Source of the DNA: Mobula birostris
Lineage: Eukaryota
Length of the DNA: 64,000 nucleotides
Assembly: GCF_030028105.1 (NCBI RefSeq)
Contig: NC_092377.1
Location: 68,540,569-68,604,568, forward strand
Reading direction: 5' to 3'
The notes under the pieces were generated by a model. It ran no database searches and was not told the DNA's origin. It saw nothing but the letters and a program-made list of their open reading frames with translations. Positions 50,046-63,818 of this stretch are shown piece by piece; the stretch's first letter is position 1, and every line of letters begins with the position of its first letter. The position numbers were made by a program, and so were the translations under genes.

Positions 50046-52619
50046 CATAGGGATTGAAACATCAAGTCCTAGTAGCTCTACTACAGTGTCATGGTAGTTG
50101 CCAACTTTCATGGTAGTTTAAAAACTTTTCAAATGGTGCACAGGATTAGGTTAGGTGTGTGTTCATCCTGCACATGAAAACAGTTGTTGGGTAGTACACA
50201 ATTTGTTTTGGGCCTTTTTTTAAAATTGTGATTGGTACTTTTTGAGTTTGATATCACAAGCTCAAGTGAGTTTGCTCTTTGAGCCACATTTATTTGCTTA
50301 TTGATGTTCCTCCTGATATTTCTTTGACCTTCAGTTTTCAAATTTAAATGTTTCATAACCTAGCATTTACTTTGGTGAAGTGTAGAAGAGGTTATTAATT
50401 GCAAAATTGAGAGAACCAAGAGTGGTTTCCTGAGGGAAATATTTTCCCTCAGCCCTCAACACATAAACAAAAGAAAATGCTCAAAGCACAGAGGGTTAGG
50501 TAGCACAAGTGTGGGAGCAGAGTTAGTTTTTCTGGCCAATAATCCTTTGTCAGAACAAAAGAAGTGAACATTTCTGTATTGGAGAAACCTTTTGTGTAAC
50601 ATTTGAATGTTATACCGGAAACCTCTGTTTGGTCTGCAAAGGTAGGTTCAATTTGTGGTTGCTATTCATTTTAAGTCTCTGCCCCACTCTCACTCTGACC
50701 TCTGTTTTTAGCCTCCTATGTTGCTCTCATGATGCCCAATGTAAGCTTCCAGAACAGCATCTCATCACCTGTATAGATATTTTTAAACCTTCATGACTTA
50801 ATAGTGCATTTATCAATTTCAGACATGTGCAATAGGATGCATTTGAGTTTTTAATGGGAGTGACTTCTCAATTGTCTCCTGTTTTAGTAGTGGAATTGGC
50901 AATTAATTGCTCATTTCAGTGACAAAATGTTATTTTTTAAAAAATCTAATAGCATTGTATTTGAAATCCTTTGTACTTGACTTTCAGATTCAAACTATAA
51001 GGTGATTTATTTCAAAAGTGCTTGCAAAGTTACCTGATGGCAGCAATAGCATTACAATTGGAATCAAATGATTGTTAGTACATTATTAATAATTTTGGTG
51101 AATTAAAAATAGAAAATGCAATGTCTATTCAGTAGATCACTTAGCATTTAGTAAAATAACCAGGCATATCACCGATACAATTTGATGCAGGAATAGAACG
51201 AAGAGAGGCACCACAAAATTAACATTTAAGATCAAGATTCAAACTTAAATATCACATGTACATCAAAATATACGGTGAAATGCATAGTTTGCATTAACAG
51301 CAAGAAAATATTATCAATTTGAGGTACAATAAATGTTAGAGAAGTGTTTTGGATTGATGATAAAATGACACAAAATGCTCTCTTATAATAGTAGCCTTGC
51401 TTCTCTGTCCAATGTGTTAAGTATGTCAAGAAATTTCTAAATTGATTAATTTCAAATTGAAAGCATCATCAGTATTTAACTTGGGATTTATTCGTGTAGC
51501 AAAAAATAGCCACAGTACTTTCTGTTGGCATTATTATGAAATATCTTTAAGGATAAAAGCAGTAAATTTCATAATGGTACAAATCCTTAAAATGGCTGTG
51601 TTGTATTTGAGCCAACAAAATGGCTCATAATCTGCCTTTCTTGTATTACTAACTGATAAAATAAAATGCTGACTAACTCCTTTTTTGGCATAAAATATGC
51701 AGAAAACTATTATGTATTACATGAATATGATCTGAGTAATTGTCACAACCCATTTATGTTGCGGGGAGCTGTAATTTCAGTAAAGTTTCTTCTGTAGTTT
51801 CATTGTCCAAATTGTTCAGTCAGTTTGGGGCAGCAAAAATTAAGGGTCAGTGACATTTTTTTTCAAGCAAGGGATCCTGCTGGTCATGTTCCACTGCACT
51901 AGCTACCCTTTTCCTCCTTGGTCAGTTTTAAAAATCTGGCATTAGGTGTGGAATATTAATGAACATTAATTTTTCTGTCAACATTTATCATTAAGACTGC
52001 CAAGTTAAATATGGGACAAATGTGTTTATAGACCACACACCTTGTAATCTGCAACAAATCATATGAATTGAAATCCTATTTGTGTGCTGTAAACTTGTTA
52101 ACCTCCTCACTGTCCTCATGTCCTCAACCCATGATATTTACTATTTGGGCCTGGGGGTTCAAGACCATGATAGTGGGCTCTCTTATGCTCTCCAAATATA
52201 TTCATTTGTTGTTTTATGAATTAATTCATGAGTTCCTGGTCCTCAGTTAATTTATTATTAGTTTTCTGAATTGTTTAATTTTCTGTAGCTCTCCTCTGTT
52301 TAATACATATGAAAGATACTCTGTATATGTTTCATTAATTCACTGCTGACTAAACTGGATTACTGTGTTGATCTCTATTGTTTTGCACTTTGAGTTATGT
52401 AGACTTGATTGCTCGTGGCTTCTTACCTTTTTTAAAAAAAAGTTCTGTTTCGATATTTAATTTCTATCTTGTTACTATTGCAAATGATTGCACTATTATT
52501 ACTTCATTCTTAGGGAATTTTGCTTTTGGTTCATCAGTTCTGAACTCTGCAATGCCATGGGATGATGATGAGTATTCTTAAAAGGTACAGGCAACAAGCG
52601 TTTTTTTTTACAGAAATGG

Positions 52620-53460
52620 CATTTGGAGGCATACAGCATGGAAGTAGACCTTTGGCCCAACTACTCCATGCCAACCAAGGTTCCCATCAAAACTAGTCGC
52701 ACTTACATGTGTTTGGCCCATGTACCCCGTCCAAGTATCTTTTTAAATGTTATTAATGCACCTGCTTCAACAATTTCCTTTGGCAGCTCATATTCTATGC
52801 ACGGACTTCCTTCGGGGTGAAGAAGTTGCCTCTTGGGTTCTGTAAAATATTTTCCTCTGCTATTAAACCTGTGCTCACTACCTCTTGATTCTCCAACCCA
52901 GGGGAAAAAGGTGTGCATATCTATGCCCCTGATGATTTTATACACCTCGATAAGAGTCCCTCTCAGTCTCTACACTGCACTGAAGTCCCATGCTGTCTCC
53001 ATAACTCAGTCCCTTGAATCCTCTGAACTCAGTTGGGCAAAATAGATTCTCTGCATTCTTTTCGGCTTCGTAGATTCTCTACCAGGCTGACCAAAACTGA
53101 ACACTATATTCCAGATGTGGCCTCACCAGTATCTTATGCAAATGCAGTATTACATCCCAATGTGTACTCCGAGCCCAGACTGATGCACGTCAAAGGCCTC
53201 CATGTTTATCTGATACACCACTTTCAGGGAACCATGGACTTGTATTCTTAGGTTGCTCTGTTCAACAACACTCCCTAGATCCTGACCAGTTGTTGTGAAA
53301 GTCTACCCTCATTTTGTCTTTCCAAAATGCAGAGTCTCACACTATCTAAATTAAGTTGTTTTTGTTATTCCTCACCTGCTTATCCAGCTGATAACAATCT
53401 TCTCTGTCAGTGACACCACCTATTTTAGTATCATCTGCAAGCTTACTAACTATCCTTAAT
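52620..53460 (-). mobile_element. Old CR1 3' fragment
   Basis: ORF 52703-52945 MYKIIRGID..ESRGSEHRF..ELPKEIVEAGALITFKK. Confidence 0.72.
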
Positions 53461-54116
53461 AAGTATGCCTTTGATCTCACTTAATAGTTACATTGCTCAA
53501 ACTAAATATAGAATTTTGTGTATTTTTTTCTCTCTAGCTTGGCTCCTGCCCCAAAACATCCAAAAGCTAATTTATTACAAAGGATGGGAAACTAAAAATT
53601 TGTTACAGTTTCACTTTTTTGAGCTCAGTATGTGGAAATAACACTTTAAAACATTGTTTTGAGTCAAAGCTGTGTTAGAATACCTTTTTTGATTTAGTAT
53701 GTTAATGACTTTTCTGTTTGTCTTCATGATCACTTTCATTTCATATTGGGTGGGTTTGCTTTTCACTTGACTGCCAGTTTTAAAGATTGCTGCTTCTGTT
53801 GATAATAAAAATGAGTGATCAAATACAGAAAGTTCATTTTTATGCAGCATATTTGCTTATGAATTAATGACATCGAGTTTTTCTGAGTTGCATTCCCTTT
53901 TAATTTTCCCATTTGTGATTAGCCTTTTGTTGAACCACTTCAACATGTGTGGTCAAGGTTGTAGCATTTTGGTATAATTTGATTGTTAATCAAATCAAGT
54001 TTGCATTTAATTGCCATTAAACCATACATATATCCCCATGAATACAGCCAAACGAAACAGTGTTCCTCCAGGACCAGGGTGCAAAACATGAAACCACAGC
54101 CATATAGCACATATTA

Positions 54117-54700
54117 TGAGGCTCTCTGTTGGTCGAGGTTGACTACGGATGTTGCAACCCAGCTGTCTACTGTTACACATGGTAGGGCAATACGATACAG
54201 AGAGCAAGCTGTTGTGCAGGTAGCAGGCTCCCCCTTTCCACATAGCTGATGATCCAAAGGAACGGCCAAGACCAATACAGTTGAACACCGGCATTGCAGG
54301 AATTGCCAGTTGGTGTTGAACTCCATGAAGGACTGCCGAAGGAACTCCAGCTCTGGATTTTTCCTTGGGGTTTGCTCTTAAAGCTTTCCCCATGGGTGTT
54401 GTAGCTGCAAGGCAGTGGAGGTTTGAGATCAGAGATTTCCTTCTGGATGAGCTGCCAACTATGGCTGATAAGCTGCATCTGCCCAGAGAAACTGGTTTTT
54501 CAGGTGCTTGTCACCCACCTTTGCCCCTTCTCTGGTCTGTAGAAACAGCTCCGCTGGGCTTGGTCGCTAAACCACATGTGAAGACCAGGAGCCGAACTTG
54601 GTTGTCAGAGGTTATTTGCAATGCATGCCATTGGGAGCATTTAATTGATAGTAGGAGCTGATCCCGACTACCACCCCTGGCTATAACAACTTAAGGAACC
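54117..54700 (+). mobile_element. Probable RTE-clade 5' UTR-like interspersed repeat
   Basis: GC-richer block resembling RTE 5' regions from memory. No coding motif confirmed. Confidence 0.35.
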
Positions 54701-54731
54701 GTAGTACATATAAGATATCAATAAACGTATA

Positions 54732-55531
54732 CACTCAGACCCCGCTTAACACTGGGAATGCGTTCCTCAACTGTGGAGCGTATGTTAATCAGTGTTATGC
54801 ATCATTATAACATTATGTAAATAGACATGTGCCTGATTTTTAAAAAAAAACCCGAGGTACATATATTATGCATACACAGTAATTCGTGGAGTAACAACAC
54901 GCAGATAGGCCTGACCAGTACATCGGTGGAGCAGCAACACATCGCAGCGGCGGCGGCGGAGGGAAGTGGGTGGTGGTCACATCCCAGAGGAGGGACCAGG
55001 CTGTGGGTCCTCTAAATTTGACTGCTTCTTCGAGTAGGCATTGATATTTGACTGCCTTTTCTTAAGTTTCAGTCAGGGTCATTCTAATCGTTGATGTAGC
55101 CAATTTCAGAGAGGTGCTAACATCAACCTGACGCTCACCAGCTTCCAAATGCTGTATCATTTGCAGTTTCACAGCCGTTCTAATGCTTTTTCTACACATC
55201 TCAGACATACTACCCTCACTGGAAGTTGCAGGCAATTTTCCAGACTTCATGGGTGAAAAAAAATGGAATAAATTGGTGAGGAAGTAAGAGCATTTATACA
55301 AGTGGGGAGGCAGAGTGTGAACTAATATGTGAATGGCTGTGAGTAGCTCAGAGCATATGTAAAACATTCTCATTGGCTGATTGAATGTTAACTGTAATGG
55401 CGACTGCTTTTGAGAAGTTTTTAAGTATTTACAATGATTTTTGGCCTTTTTAAAAATGTCAATAAAGAATTGAATAACTGCATTGTAATGAATCAGCACA
55501 ATTCAGAGTAGCATTATGCAGGGTCTGCGTG
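54732..55531 (-). mobile_element. Tigger/pogo-type DNA transposon deletion derivative
   Basis: TA|cactcagaccccgcttaa ... ttatgcagggtctgcgtg|TA inverted ends. Minus-strand RKSIRTAVKLQMIQHLEAGERQVDVSTSLKLATSTIRM is a CENP-B/psq-type HTH. Confidence 0.85.
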
Positions 55532-55719
55532 TAGTCAGAAAAATATATATTTTAACCCAAGTCTCTGAGTGTCATATCCTGTAGATTGATGGTGCTTTAA
55601 TATCGTCAGTAAGATCAAACCCACAGCAGTCCACAGAACGCAATCCAGCTTGTCTTCCACTGAGTGAACACTGGGGACAGCACCGATGGGCAGGGCCAGC
55701 TTCCAACCCAACATGATTG

Positions 55720-58700
55720 TGGGCAGGCTTGCTAAAGCTGTTGGCAGTGGTTTAAACTAATATGGCGGGGGATTGGAACCAGTATGATAGAGCTGAGGAT
55801 AAGCCTGCAGATTTGCAAGTAGATGATGGGTGTAAGGAAGGACAAGCCAATAATTGGGTACAAATGCAGACAAAGCAAACAGTTAAGTTGAACCACAGAG
55901 GCAAGATTCAAAAGTGCAAAGAATGCAGGACTGAAGGTGCTGTATTTAAATGCATGTCATATTCAGAATAAGGTGGATGAACTCGTGGTGCAATTAGAGA
56001 TTGGTTGGTATGATGCTGTAGACATCACTGAGTTGTGGCTGAAAGGTCACAGTTGGGAGCTCAATATCAAAGGATATACTTTGTATCGAGGAATAGGAGG
56101 TGGGGTGGCTCTTGGTAAGAGGTGGAATTAAATCTTTAGAAAGAGGTGACATGGGGTCAGATAATGTCAAGTCTTTGTGGGTGGAGTTAAGAAACTGCAA
56201 GGGTTAAAAAAACATTATGGAAATTGTACATACACACCTCCAAATAGTAGCCAAGATGTAGGGTAGAGGTTGCAAAGAGCTGGAAAGGGCATGTAATAGG
56301 GGTTTGGGACAATCAGGTTGGTGTTGGATTGTAAGAGTGGGAATTTGTTGAATGCCTATGAGGTGGCTTTTTAGAGAAGCTTGCGCTTGAGCCTACTTGG
56401 GGAAAGGCTATCTTGGATTGGGTGTTCTGTAATAACCCAGATCTTAGTGTAAAGGAACCCTTAGGAGGCAGTGATCATAATATGATTGAATTCGTACTGC
56501 AGTTTGAGAGAGAGAGAGAAGCACAGGTCACGTTTATCAGTAACACAATGGAAAAAGGAATTACTGAGGCAGGAGTGAGGAGCTTGCTCAGGTAGATTGG
56601 AGGAGGGTACTGGTGGGATGATGGCTGAAGTTGCTGGGAATAGTTCGCAACGCACAGGATACATATTTCCAACAGAAGTAGTAGTTCTCAAATGGCAGGG
56701 GTAGGCAACCGTGGCTGACAAAGGAAGTTAAGGACTGCATAAAAGCCAAGGAAAGGGCATATAACGTAACAAAAGCGAGTGGGAATTTGGATAATGAGGA
56801 AGGTTTTAAAATCCAACAAAAAGGAACTTTAAAAAAAGCCATAAGAAGGGAAAAGATGAAATATGAGGGCAAACTAGCGAATAATATAAAGTGAGATACT
56901 GTAAGTTTTTTCAATTATATAAAGAGTAAAAGGGAGGTGAGGGTGGATATTGGACCACTGGAAAATGATGCTGGTGAGGTAGTGATGGGGGGCAAAGAAA
57001 TGGCAGATGAACTAAATAGTACTTTGCATCAGTCTTCACAGTGGAAAACACTAGCAGTGCCAGAGGTCCGTGAGTGTCAGGGAGCAGGAGTGAGTGCCAT
57101 TGCTATTACAAAGCAGAAAAAGTGCTAGGCTTTAAGGTGAATAAGTCACCTGGACCAGATGGACTACATCCCAAAGTTCTGAAAGGTTGCTAAAGAGACA
57201 GCAGATGCAATAGTTATGATCTTTCAAAACTCACTTGATTTTGGCATGGTACCGGAGGACTAGAAAATTGCAATTGTCACTCCACTCTTTTTAAGATGGG
57301 AGGAAGGCAAAAGAAAGGAAATTATAGGCCAGTTAGCCAAACCTTAGTGGTTGGGAAAGTGGAGTATATTATTAAGGACAAGATTTCGGAGTACTTGGAG
57401 ACTAATGATAACATAAGTCAAAGTCAGCATGGTTTCTGTAAAGGGAATCTGTTAGAGTTCTTCAAGGAAGTGACAAGCAGGATGGACGAAGGAGAGACAG
57501 TAGATGTCAGCTTTTCAGAAGGCATTTATGAGGTACCATACACGAGGCTGCTTAAAAGGATAAAAATCCCATGGCATAATAGGAAAGATACTGGCATGGA
57601 TCGAGGAATAGTTGACAGGCAGGAGGAGGTGAGGGGGAATAAAAAGGGCCTTTTCTGGTTGGCTGCTGGTGACTAGTGGTGTTCCTCGGTCAGTATTCAG
57701 ACTATTACTTTTCACATTGTTTGTCAGTGATTTAGATAACGGAATTGATGGCTTTATGGCAAAGTTTGCAGATTATACAAAAATAGGTGGAGGAGTAGGT
57801 GGTGCTCAGGAAGCAATGCAATTGCAGCAGGATTTGGACAAAGTGGAAGAATGCGCAAAAAAGTGGCAGATGGAATACAGTCACAAACGAGAGAAAATCT
57901 GGAAATACTGGAAATCTGAGCAATAGGGTTTCTGCCTGAAACGTAGATTCATAGATGCTGCCTGGCCTGCTGAGTTCCCACAGTATTTTGTGTGTGTTGT
58001 TAGATGAAATACAGTCTTAGGAAATGTATGATAATACATTTTGGTTGAAGGAACAAAAGTGCAGAATATTATCTAAATGGGGAGAAAATTCAAACATCAG
58101 AGGTGCAAAAGGACTTGGGAGTTCTCCTGCAAGACTCCCAGAAGGTTAATTTACAGGTTGAGTGACTGGTAAAGAAGGCAAGTGCAATGTTGACATTCAT
58201 TTCAAGGGGCAATCGAATATAAAAACAAGGATAAAATGCTGAGGCTTTGTAAGACATGAGTCAGGCCACACTTGGAGTATTGTCAACAGTTTTGGGCCCC
58301 ATATCTCAGAAAGAGTGAGTTGTCATTGGAGAGAGTCCAGAGGAGGTTCATGAGGATACTTCTGGGAATGAAGGGGTTAACACACGAGGAGCATTTGGCA
58401 ACTTTGGACCTGCACTCACTGGAATTTAGAAGAACGTGGGGGAGAGATCTCATTGAAACCTACCAGACGCTGAAAGGACTAGATGGGGTGGATGTGGAGA
58501 GGATGTTTCCCAAGGTAGGACTAGAACTAGAACTGGAACTAGAGGGCACAGGCTCAAAATTGAGGGGTGACCCTTTAGAACAGAGGTAAAGAGTAATTTT
58601 ATTAGCCAGAGAGTTGTGAATCTGTGGAATGCTCGGCCACAGACAGCTGAAGGGGCCAAAACTGTGAGTGTATTTAAAGTGAAAATTGATAGTTCCAGAT

Positions 58701-58835
58701 TGATCAGGGCATCAAAGGTTATTCCAAGAAGGCAGGTGTATGGGGTTGAGTGAGATCTGAGATCAGCCATGATGGTATGGTGGAGCAGACTCAATGGGCT
58801 GAATGGCCTAATTCTGCCCCTATGTCTAAAGGTCA
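55720..58835 (+). mobile_element. CR1 LINE (end of ORF1 through ORF2 and 3' end), frameshifted
   Basis: LYLNACHIQNKVDEL, EPLGGSDHNMIEF, GNYRPVS, KFADYTKIGG, EYCQQFWAPYLRK. Confidence 0.93.
57883..58001. mobile_element. Short PLE-terminus insertion (inverted halves) inside CR1, with 15-bp target duplication
   Basis: agatggaatacagtc (57868-57882) and agatgaaatacagtc (58002-58016) flank the insert. Confidence 0.8.
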
Positions 58836-59344
58836 ACTTCTTGATAATTGACCAAACTGTACTCCAAGGAATATTCAGTAACTTGTATCCATCTCCTGAC
58901 TTGTGCTTTTCAACAACCTTTTTGTGGAGTTGCTTGGTGTGTTCTTTTGTCTTCATGGTGTAGTTTTTGCCAGGATACTGACTCAACAGCAGTTGGATCT
59001 TCCAGATACAGGTGTATTTTTACTCCAATCATTGAAACACCTTGACTGCGTACAGGTGATCTCTATTTTTTACTAATTATGTGACTTCTAAAAATCAATT
59101 GGCTGCACCAGTGATGATTTGGTATGTCATATTAAAGGGCGGGGGCAATACTCATGGAATTAATTATTTTGTTTTTTATAATATGTAATTAATTTAGGTC
59201 ACTTTGTGGAGATTTTTTTTGATTTTTGATACGTCTTTTTCTGTTGATCGGTGTCAAAAAAAAAAAGCCGAACTATGATTCAGTGTTGTAAAACAATAAA
59301 ACAGGAAAACTTCCAAGGGGAGTGAATACTTTCTATAGGCACTG
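58836..59344 (-). mobile_element. Tc1 family A, 5' end fragment
   Basis: MKTKEHTKQLHKKVVEKHKSGDGYK..NIPWSTV, and an inverted repeat ending cactg|TA. Matches 7774-8320. Confidence 0.88.
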
Positions 59345-59899
59345 TATATTACCATGCTAATGCAAGTTTAGGAAAAAAAATGCACTTTAGTTACCTAACT
59401 GAATTGAACATCTTCAGATAGGCTTGCTGTTTGTCTTTGGATCTTCAGTCCACTTCTCTGGATTATGTGTCTGATAACCTTGACAATTTCCCATCAAAGT
59501 ATATGACATAACAAATACAAGGCATATTTTCAAGTATTGAAAATGCAGGTTGAGTTTCAGATCAACATTGAGTTATTTTTTCCAAAATAACCCGTCTGTC
59601 CTAAATATGAGAACTTAATTTTTGCAAAATTGGTTATTGTCTATAACGTATAACCTGACAAAGCCTCAATGTATGAAGGAAAATGTACCAAATACCTTTG
59701 TTAGGACCCAATGCAGCTGCATTGTTACATTCAGGAAGCGAAGGATATGCACTTCTGTGTGTCTCTGTATATCAATACAGAGAGGTAATTACTTTATATG
59801 TCCAACCATAATTTGATCTCCAAAAGTGACTTACCTTTAAATAGTCTGGATTAAACTCAATCTGTCACTGTTGTACCGAGCTTTTCAGCTGACCTTATT

Positions 59900-60480
59900 A
59901 CCTACGGCCTGTTACACCAATGCTGTTTAGGGTAGCAGTAGTTCTCCATCTCTGTTTATGCTTAGCTCTCTTCTCTGTTGTACCCCAGGTGGTTCAGGGT
60001 CATCATTTCTGCCTCTATGGTGTGGCACCAAGCTGTCTTTGGTCTCTCATGTTTCCTTTCCTTCAGGGGTCCAATGAAGTCCTGCCTTGATGGCGGAGTT
60101 GACTCTATTCCTGGTCTTTGCAGCGTTCAAGGCTTCTTTCATCATGCCAGTGGTTTCCTCTTTGTTTTCACTACTGTCAGCCATGGAAATCCCAGGTAGA
60201 GACTCAGGAATACTGTTGCACACAGATTTAGGAAGATTATTCATTGCTCGTTCCTTAAGAATTTTGTTTGACCAGTCAGGGTTGTTAGCCCTGAGCTGAA
60301 CTCTGAACCTGGAAGGCTGGTGGACCACTCTTAGTCTGGCCTCTACCCTTTGACTTGTTTGGCATGGGTGACCCTACCAAGAGCCAAAGCACAAGGCCCT
60401 GACTCCAGCCAACATACCTCTCTGGGTCACTGAGCAACGTAAACCTCCAAACCCAAAGACAAAGTTGTGGTCCTCTTAGA
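59900..60480 (-). mobile_element. RTE-clade LINE 3' fragment
   Basis: AGLHWTPEGK..RPKTAWCHTIEAE C-terminal motif typical of RTE/RTE-X elements. Confidence 0.65.
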
Positions 60481-61584
60481 GGTGTCACCTGATCTGTGTC
60501 GTGCTTTATCCACAAACAGTCGTATCACTTTGTTTTCATCTGCAAGCTTATTAATCAGACAACTTCCATTCTTATCACTGTCAGTTACATACATTACAAA
60601 CAACAAACATTCCAACACTGATGCCTGTGTACACCATTTATTGCAGATTTACAGTCAGAAAACATCTATCCAGCATGCCCATAGCTGTTGCATTGTTTTT
60701 GGGCATGTATCTCCAAGGTGTGGGATAGCCCAGTGGTCTTGAATATTGTCTGAGGTTTCCCTCTTGTCTCCCAGAGCTGATGTGCAATCAGTACTGCAGT
60801 GCTCTCAGTCTCCTGTAGTTGGGTATGATAGGATGACTGCACCCCCTCTCAGTTATATGATGCTTCCCTTGCTTGCTTCATCAACTAGCTATTTGGGCTT
60901 CATTCTTGGATGCAGAGAGATTGTAGATATGAGGTCAGTCTTTTCATATCAGTCTCCTCGTTATTGGAGGCCCATTGTCTCAAGTCTGGTGTTATCTGTG
61001 TCTTTTCTTCTTTACCATCTGTCATTTTTCTTTTTCCTTCCCTGGCTGCCTTCCATTGATTCAGTCACTAGAAGCAGAAGCCATGGTTGATAGTTGGGGA
61101 TTGGGAGTTAGATGAGGTGGGGCTTCTCCTTACTTTCATTCTCCACATGAGTCATGGCAGGAGGCTGTTATTTGCATTCCTTGAGTGAGGGTGGAATTTG
61201 TTGCCAAATCCCCACTTTAGTCCTTGTGCATGAGTACATGTAGTGTTGAGGCAGATTCTGCAGAATTAGCCTGCTTCCCAGTTTGCAGCACTGGTCTCTT
61301 TCTCCTTTGTTTGGAGGCCTTACAGCTTATGCAGTCGTTCTTAAAGGTGCCCAGGTTTTTCCAGTTACAGCACACCTTGGTTATCATTTCTGTACCATGG
61401 ACCCACTATTTCCTTCAAATGCAAACACCAAGGGAGTCTGAATGCTGGCTCCCCTTTTGTCAACCCTCAAAATGGCTTATTCAGATCTCAAAGGAATCTT
61501 TCTGGTTAATTTAGTTCCCTGCTCCCTTGACCAATCCGAACAGGGTAGTTAGCACATGTACAGCAGGAGCCTGCAAGTTGCACT

Positions 61585-62200
61585 ATGTCCGCTAGAGAAA
61601 GCAGGATCTCCCAGTGGCCACACATTTTAATTCCACATCCCATTCCCATTCTGACATGTCTATCCACGGCCTCCTCTACTGTATGAAGCCACACTCAGGT
61701 TGGAGGAACAACACCTTATGTTCCATCTGGGTAGCCTCCAACCTGATGGCATGAACATTGACTTCTCTAACTTCCCCTAATGCCCCACCTCCCCCGGTAC
61801 CCCATCCGTTATTTATTTTTACATACAGATTCTTTCTCTCACTCTCCTTTTTCTCCCTCTGACTATACCCCTTGCCCATCCTCTGGGTCCCCCTCCCCCC
61901 CCCCCCGTCTTTCTGCCCGGGCCTCCTGTCCCATGATCCTCTCATATCCCCTTTGCTGATCACCTGTCCAGCTCTTGGCTCTATCCCTCCCCCTCCTGTC
62001 TTCTCCTATCATTTTGGATCTCCCCCTCCCCCTCCCACTTTCAAATCTCTTACTAACTCTTCAGTCCTGACGAAGGGTCTCGGCCTGAAACGTCGACTGT
62101 ACCTCTTCCTAGAGATGCTGCCTGGCCTGCTGCGTTCACAAGCAACTTTGATGTGTGTTGCTTGAATTTTCAGCATCTGCAGAATTCCTGTTGTTTGTGA
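61585..62200 (+). mobile_element. Penelope-like element 3' portion, young
   Basis: KQDLPVATHFNSTSHSHSDMSIHGLLYC..LEEQHL..LGSLQPDGMNIDFSNF. Near-identical to the reverse complement of 6005-6590. Confidence 0.9.
62062..62099 (+). ncRNA. Minimal type I hammerhead ribozyme motif in PLE terminus
   Basis: cagtc CTGACGA agg gtctcgg cct GAAA c GTC gactg: perfect 5-bp stem I, intact core, GUC cleavage triplet. Confidence 0.85.
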
Positions 62201-63700
62201 CCGTAGGATGTTCCTTCTGCGTAGGTGTAATGAAAGATATTAACAATTCAATTCCATTCCCCTAGAAATCTTACAACAGCTTCTGTCATCCTACAGATTA
62301 ATTGAAGATAACATGAAGACATCTGTTACTGAGGAAATCCTGGCAATAGTAGATGTCTTTGGTCTGAAGTTTGTAGCGTTCTATTTAGACCTTCCTTGCA
62401 AAGAGCTTCCCATCACTGAGGCCCTCAATGGGTTATAGCAGGCTGCTGTTTGGAAAGAGGTGTTAGATTGGTCTTCAATCAGCATATATATAGCCATCTG
62501 TGTCAGCAGGTTAAGCTGATATTCCACAGTCACTCAATGGGAAGAAGATTTCAAAGAATCTTTGTCTTCCTTGCTTTCATTGTTTTCCTTTAGCTTGTAA
62601 TGGGAGTGCACACGTGCATCGGGTTCCATCTCTTCTCGCTCTTGGTCCATGGCCTTGTAAATTATTGCACAAGGAGCACTTGTTGAAGTATGTTTTAAAT
62701 GTGATTGAGTGTTTTTGTTTTCAAAAAATGATTAGCTTTGTCACTTGTACTTTGAAACTTACAGTGAAATGCGCTGTTTGCATCAAATCAAGAGTATTTT
62801 ATTAAGCAGCCTGCAAGTGTCACCAGACTTCTGGCGCCAACATATCATGCCCACAACTTATTAATCTTAACTCGTAATGTGGGAGAAAACCTATGCGGTC
62901 ATGGGGAGAACATACCAACTCCTTACAGACAGCAGCAGGAATCGAACTTCCGACTGTAAAGTGATTGCACCAATCGCTACACCACCCTCGATATTGAAAA
63001 TGTTGAGGAATTTTTCCCTACTCATACCGATTACACTTAAATCTATACCCACTTATCACTGATCTCTATCCAGAGTCTTCTTTTCAGCTTTCCTTTTCCA
63101 AAGAAAACACTCTCAGCCTAGCCAGTCATACCTTGTAACATAAGTTCTCAAGTTGGCATTTGCCTCGATCAACATTCTAGACAAACTTGTGCTTTCACAT
63201 TCTTTTTACACATCAGAAATCTGAACTATATGTGGTATTCTAGCTGCTGAACTTTATCTTGATCTTGCTGTTTTTATATTCCGTGGCTTGATCATTTGAT
63301 AAATGATTTATTTTATTTTAATGCCTTTGAAACCATATTATCTCCCTACCCAATGACATTTGCAGATATGGATGCATATTTAAAGGTATTTGTTTGCTCT
63401 CCCAAAATGCACTTGAATTAAGTTCCATTTGCCACTTTACTAACTCAATCCATTAATGTATACTTTTTCTACTAAATATTTTTGAAGAGTTAACTGATTG
63501 TTTTAATGTACAATTTGCAAATGCCTTTCAGATCAGGCATCAGTAGTTGTAATTTATCAGTCACTAATGTATTTATTTTTAAATTTAATTAGTGTTATGA
63601 ATATAGTGACTTTATGTTGCTACTTATCATTTATATCTGCAAAAGATTCTGGTCCTTTTTGCTTGGAACAGGCCTACCAAATTACAACTCCACAGTAATT

Positions 63701-63818
63701 CTCAGCCTGAAACATCGACTGTACCTCTTCCTAGAGATGCTACCTGGCCTGCTGCGTTCACCAGCAACTTTGATGTGTGTTGCTTGAATTTCCAGCTTCT
63801 GCAGAATTCCTGTTGTTG
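63701..63818 (+). mobile_element. 5'-truncated PLE terminus with perfect 14-bp target-site duplication
   Basis: actccacagtaatt at 63687-63700 and 63819-63832. The insert matches about 62079-62196. Confidence 0.9.

Noticed and set aside
54200-54270. CTGATGA...GGAAC hammerhead-like motif in the RTE-like block
   Set aside because: The GAAA box is imperfect and no stem I or stem II can be drawn next to the core.
60700-61560. Moderately GC-rich block with short ORFs
   Set aside because: No motif or splice pattern recognised. Probably an old repeat, but I cannot support a call.
63355-63392. ADMD-like peptide as possible COMMD1 exon 2
   Set aside because: The flanks do not match SIASADMDFNQLEAFL and there is no suitable acceptor. 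Exon 2 is presumed to lie beyond the window.
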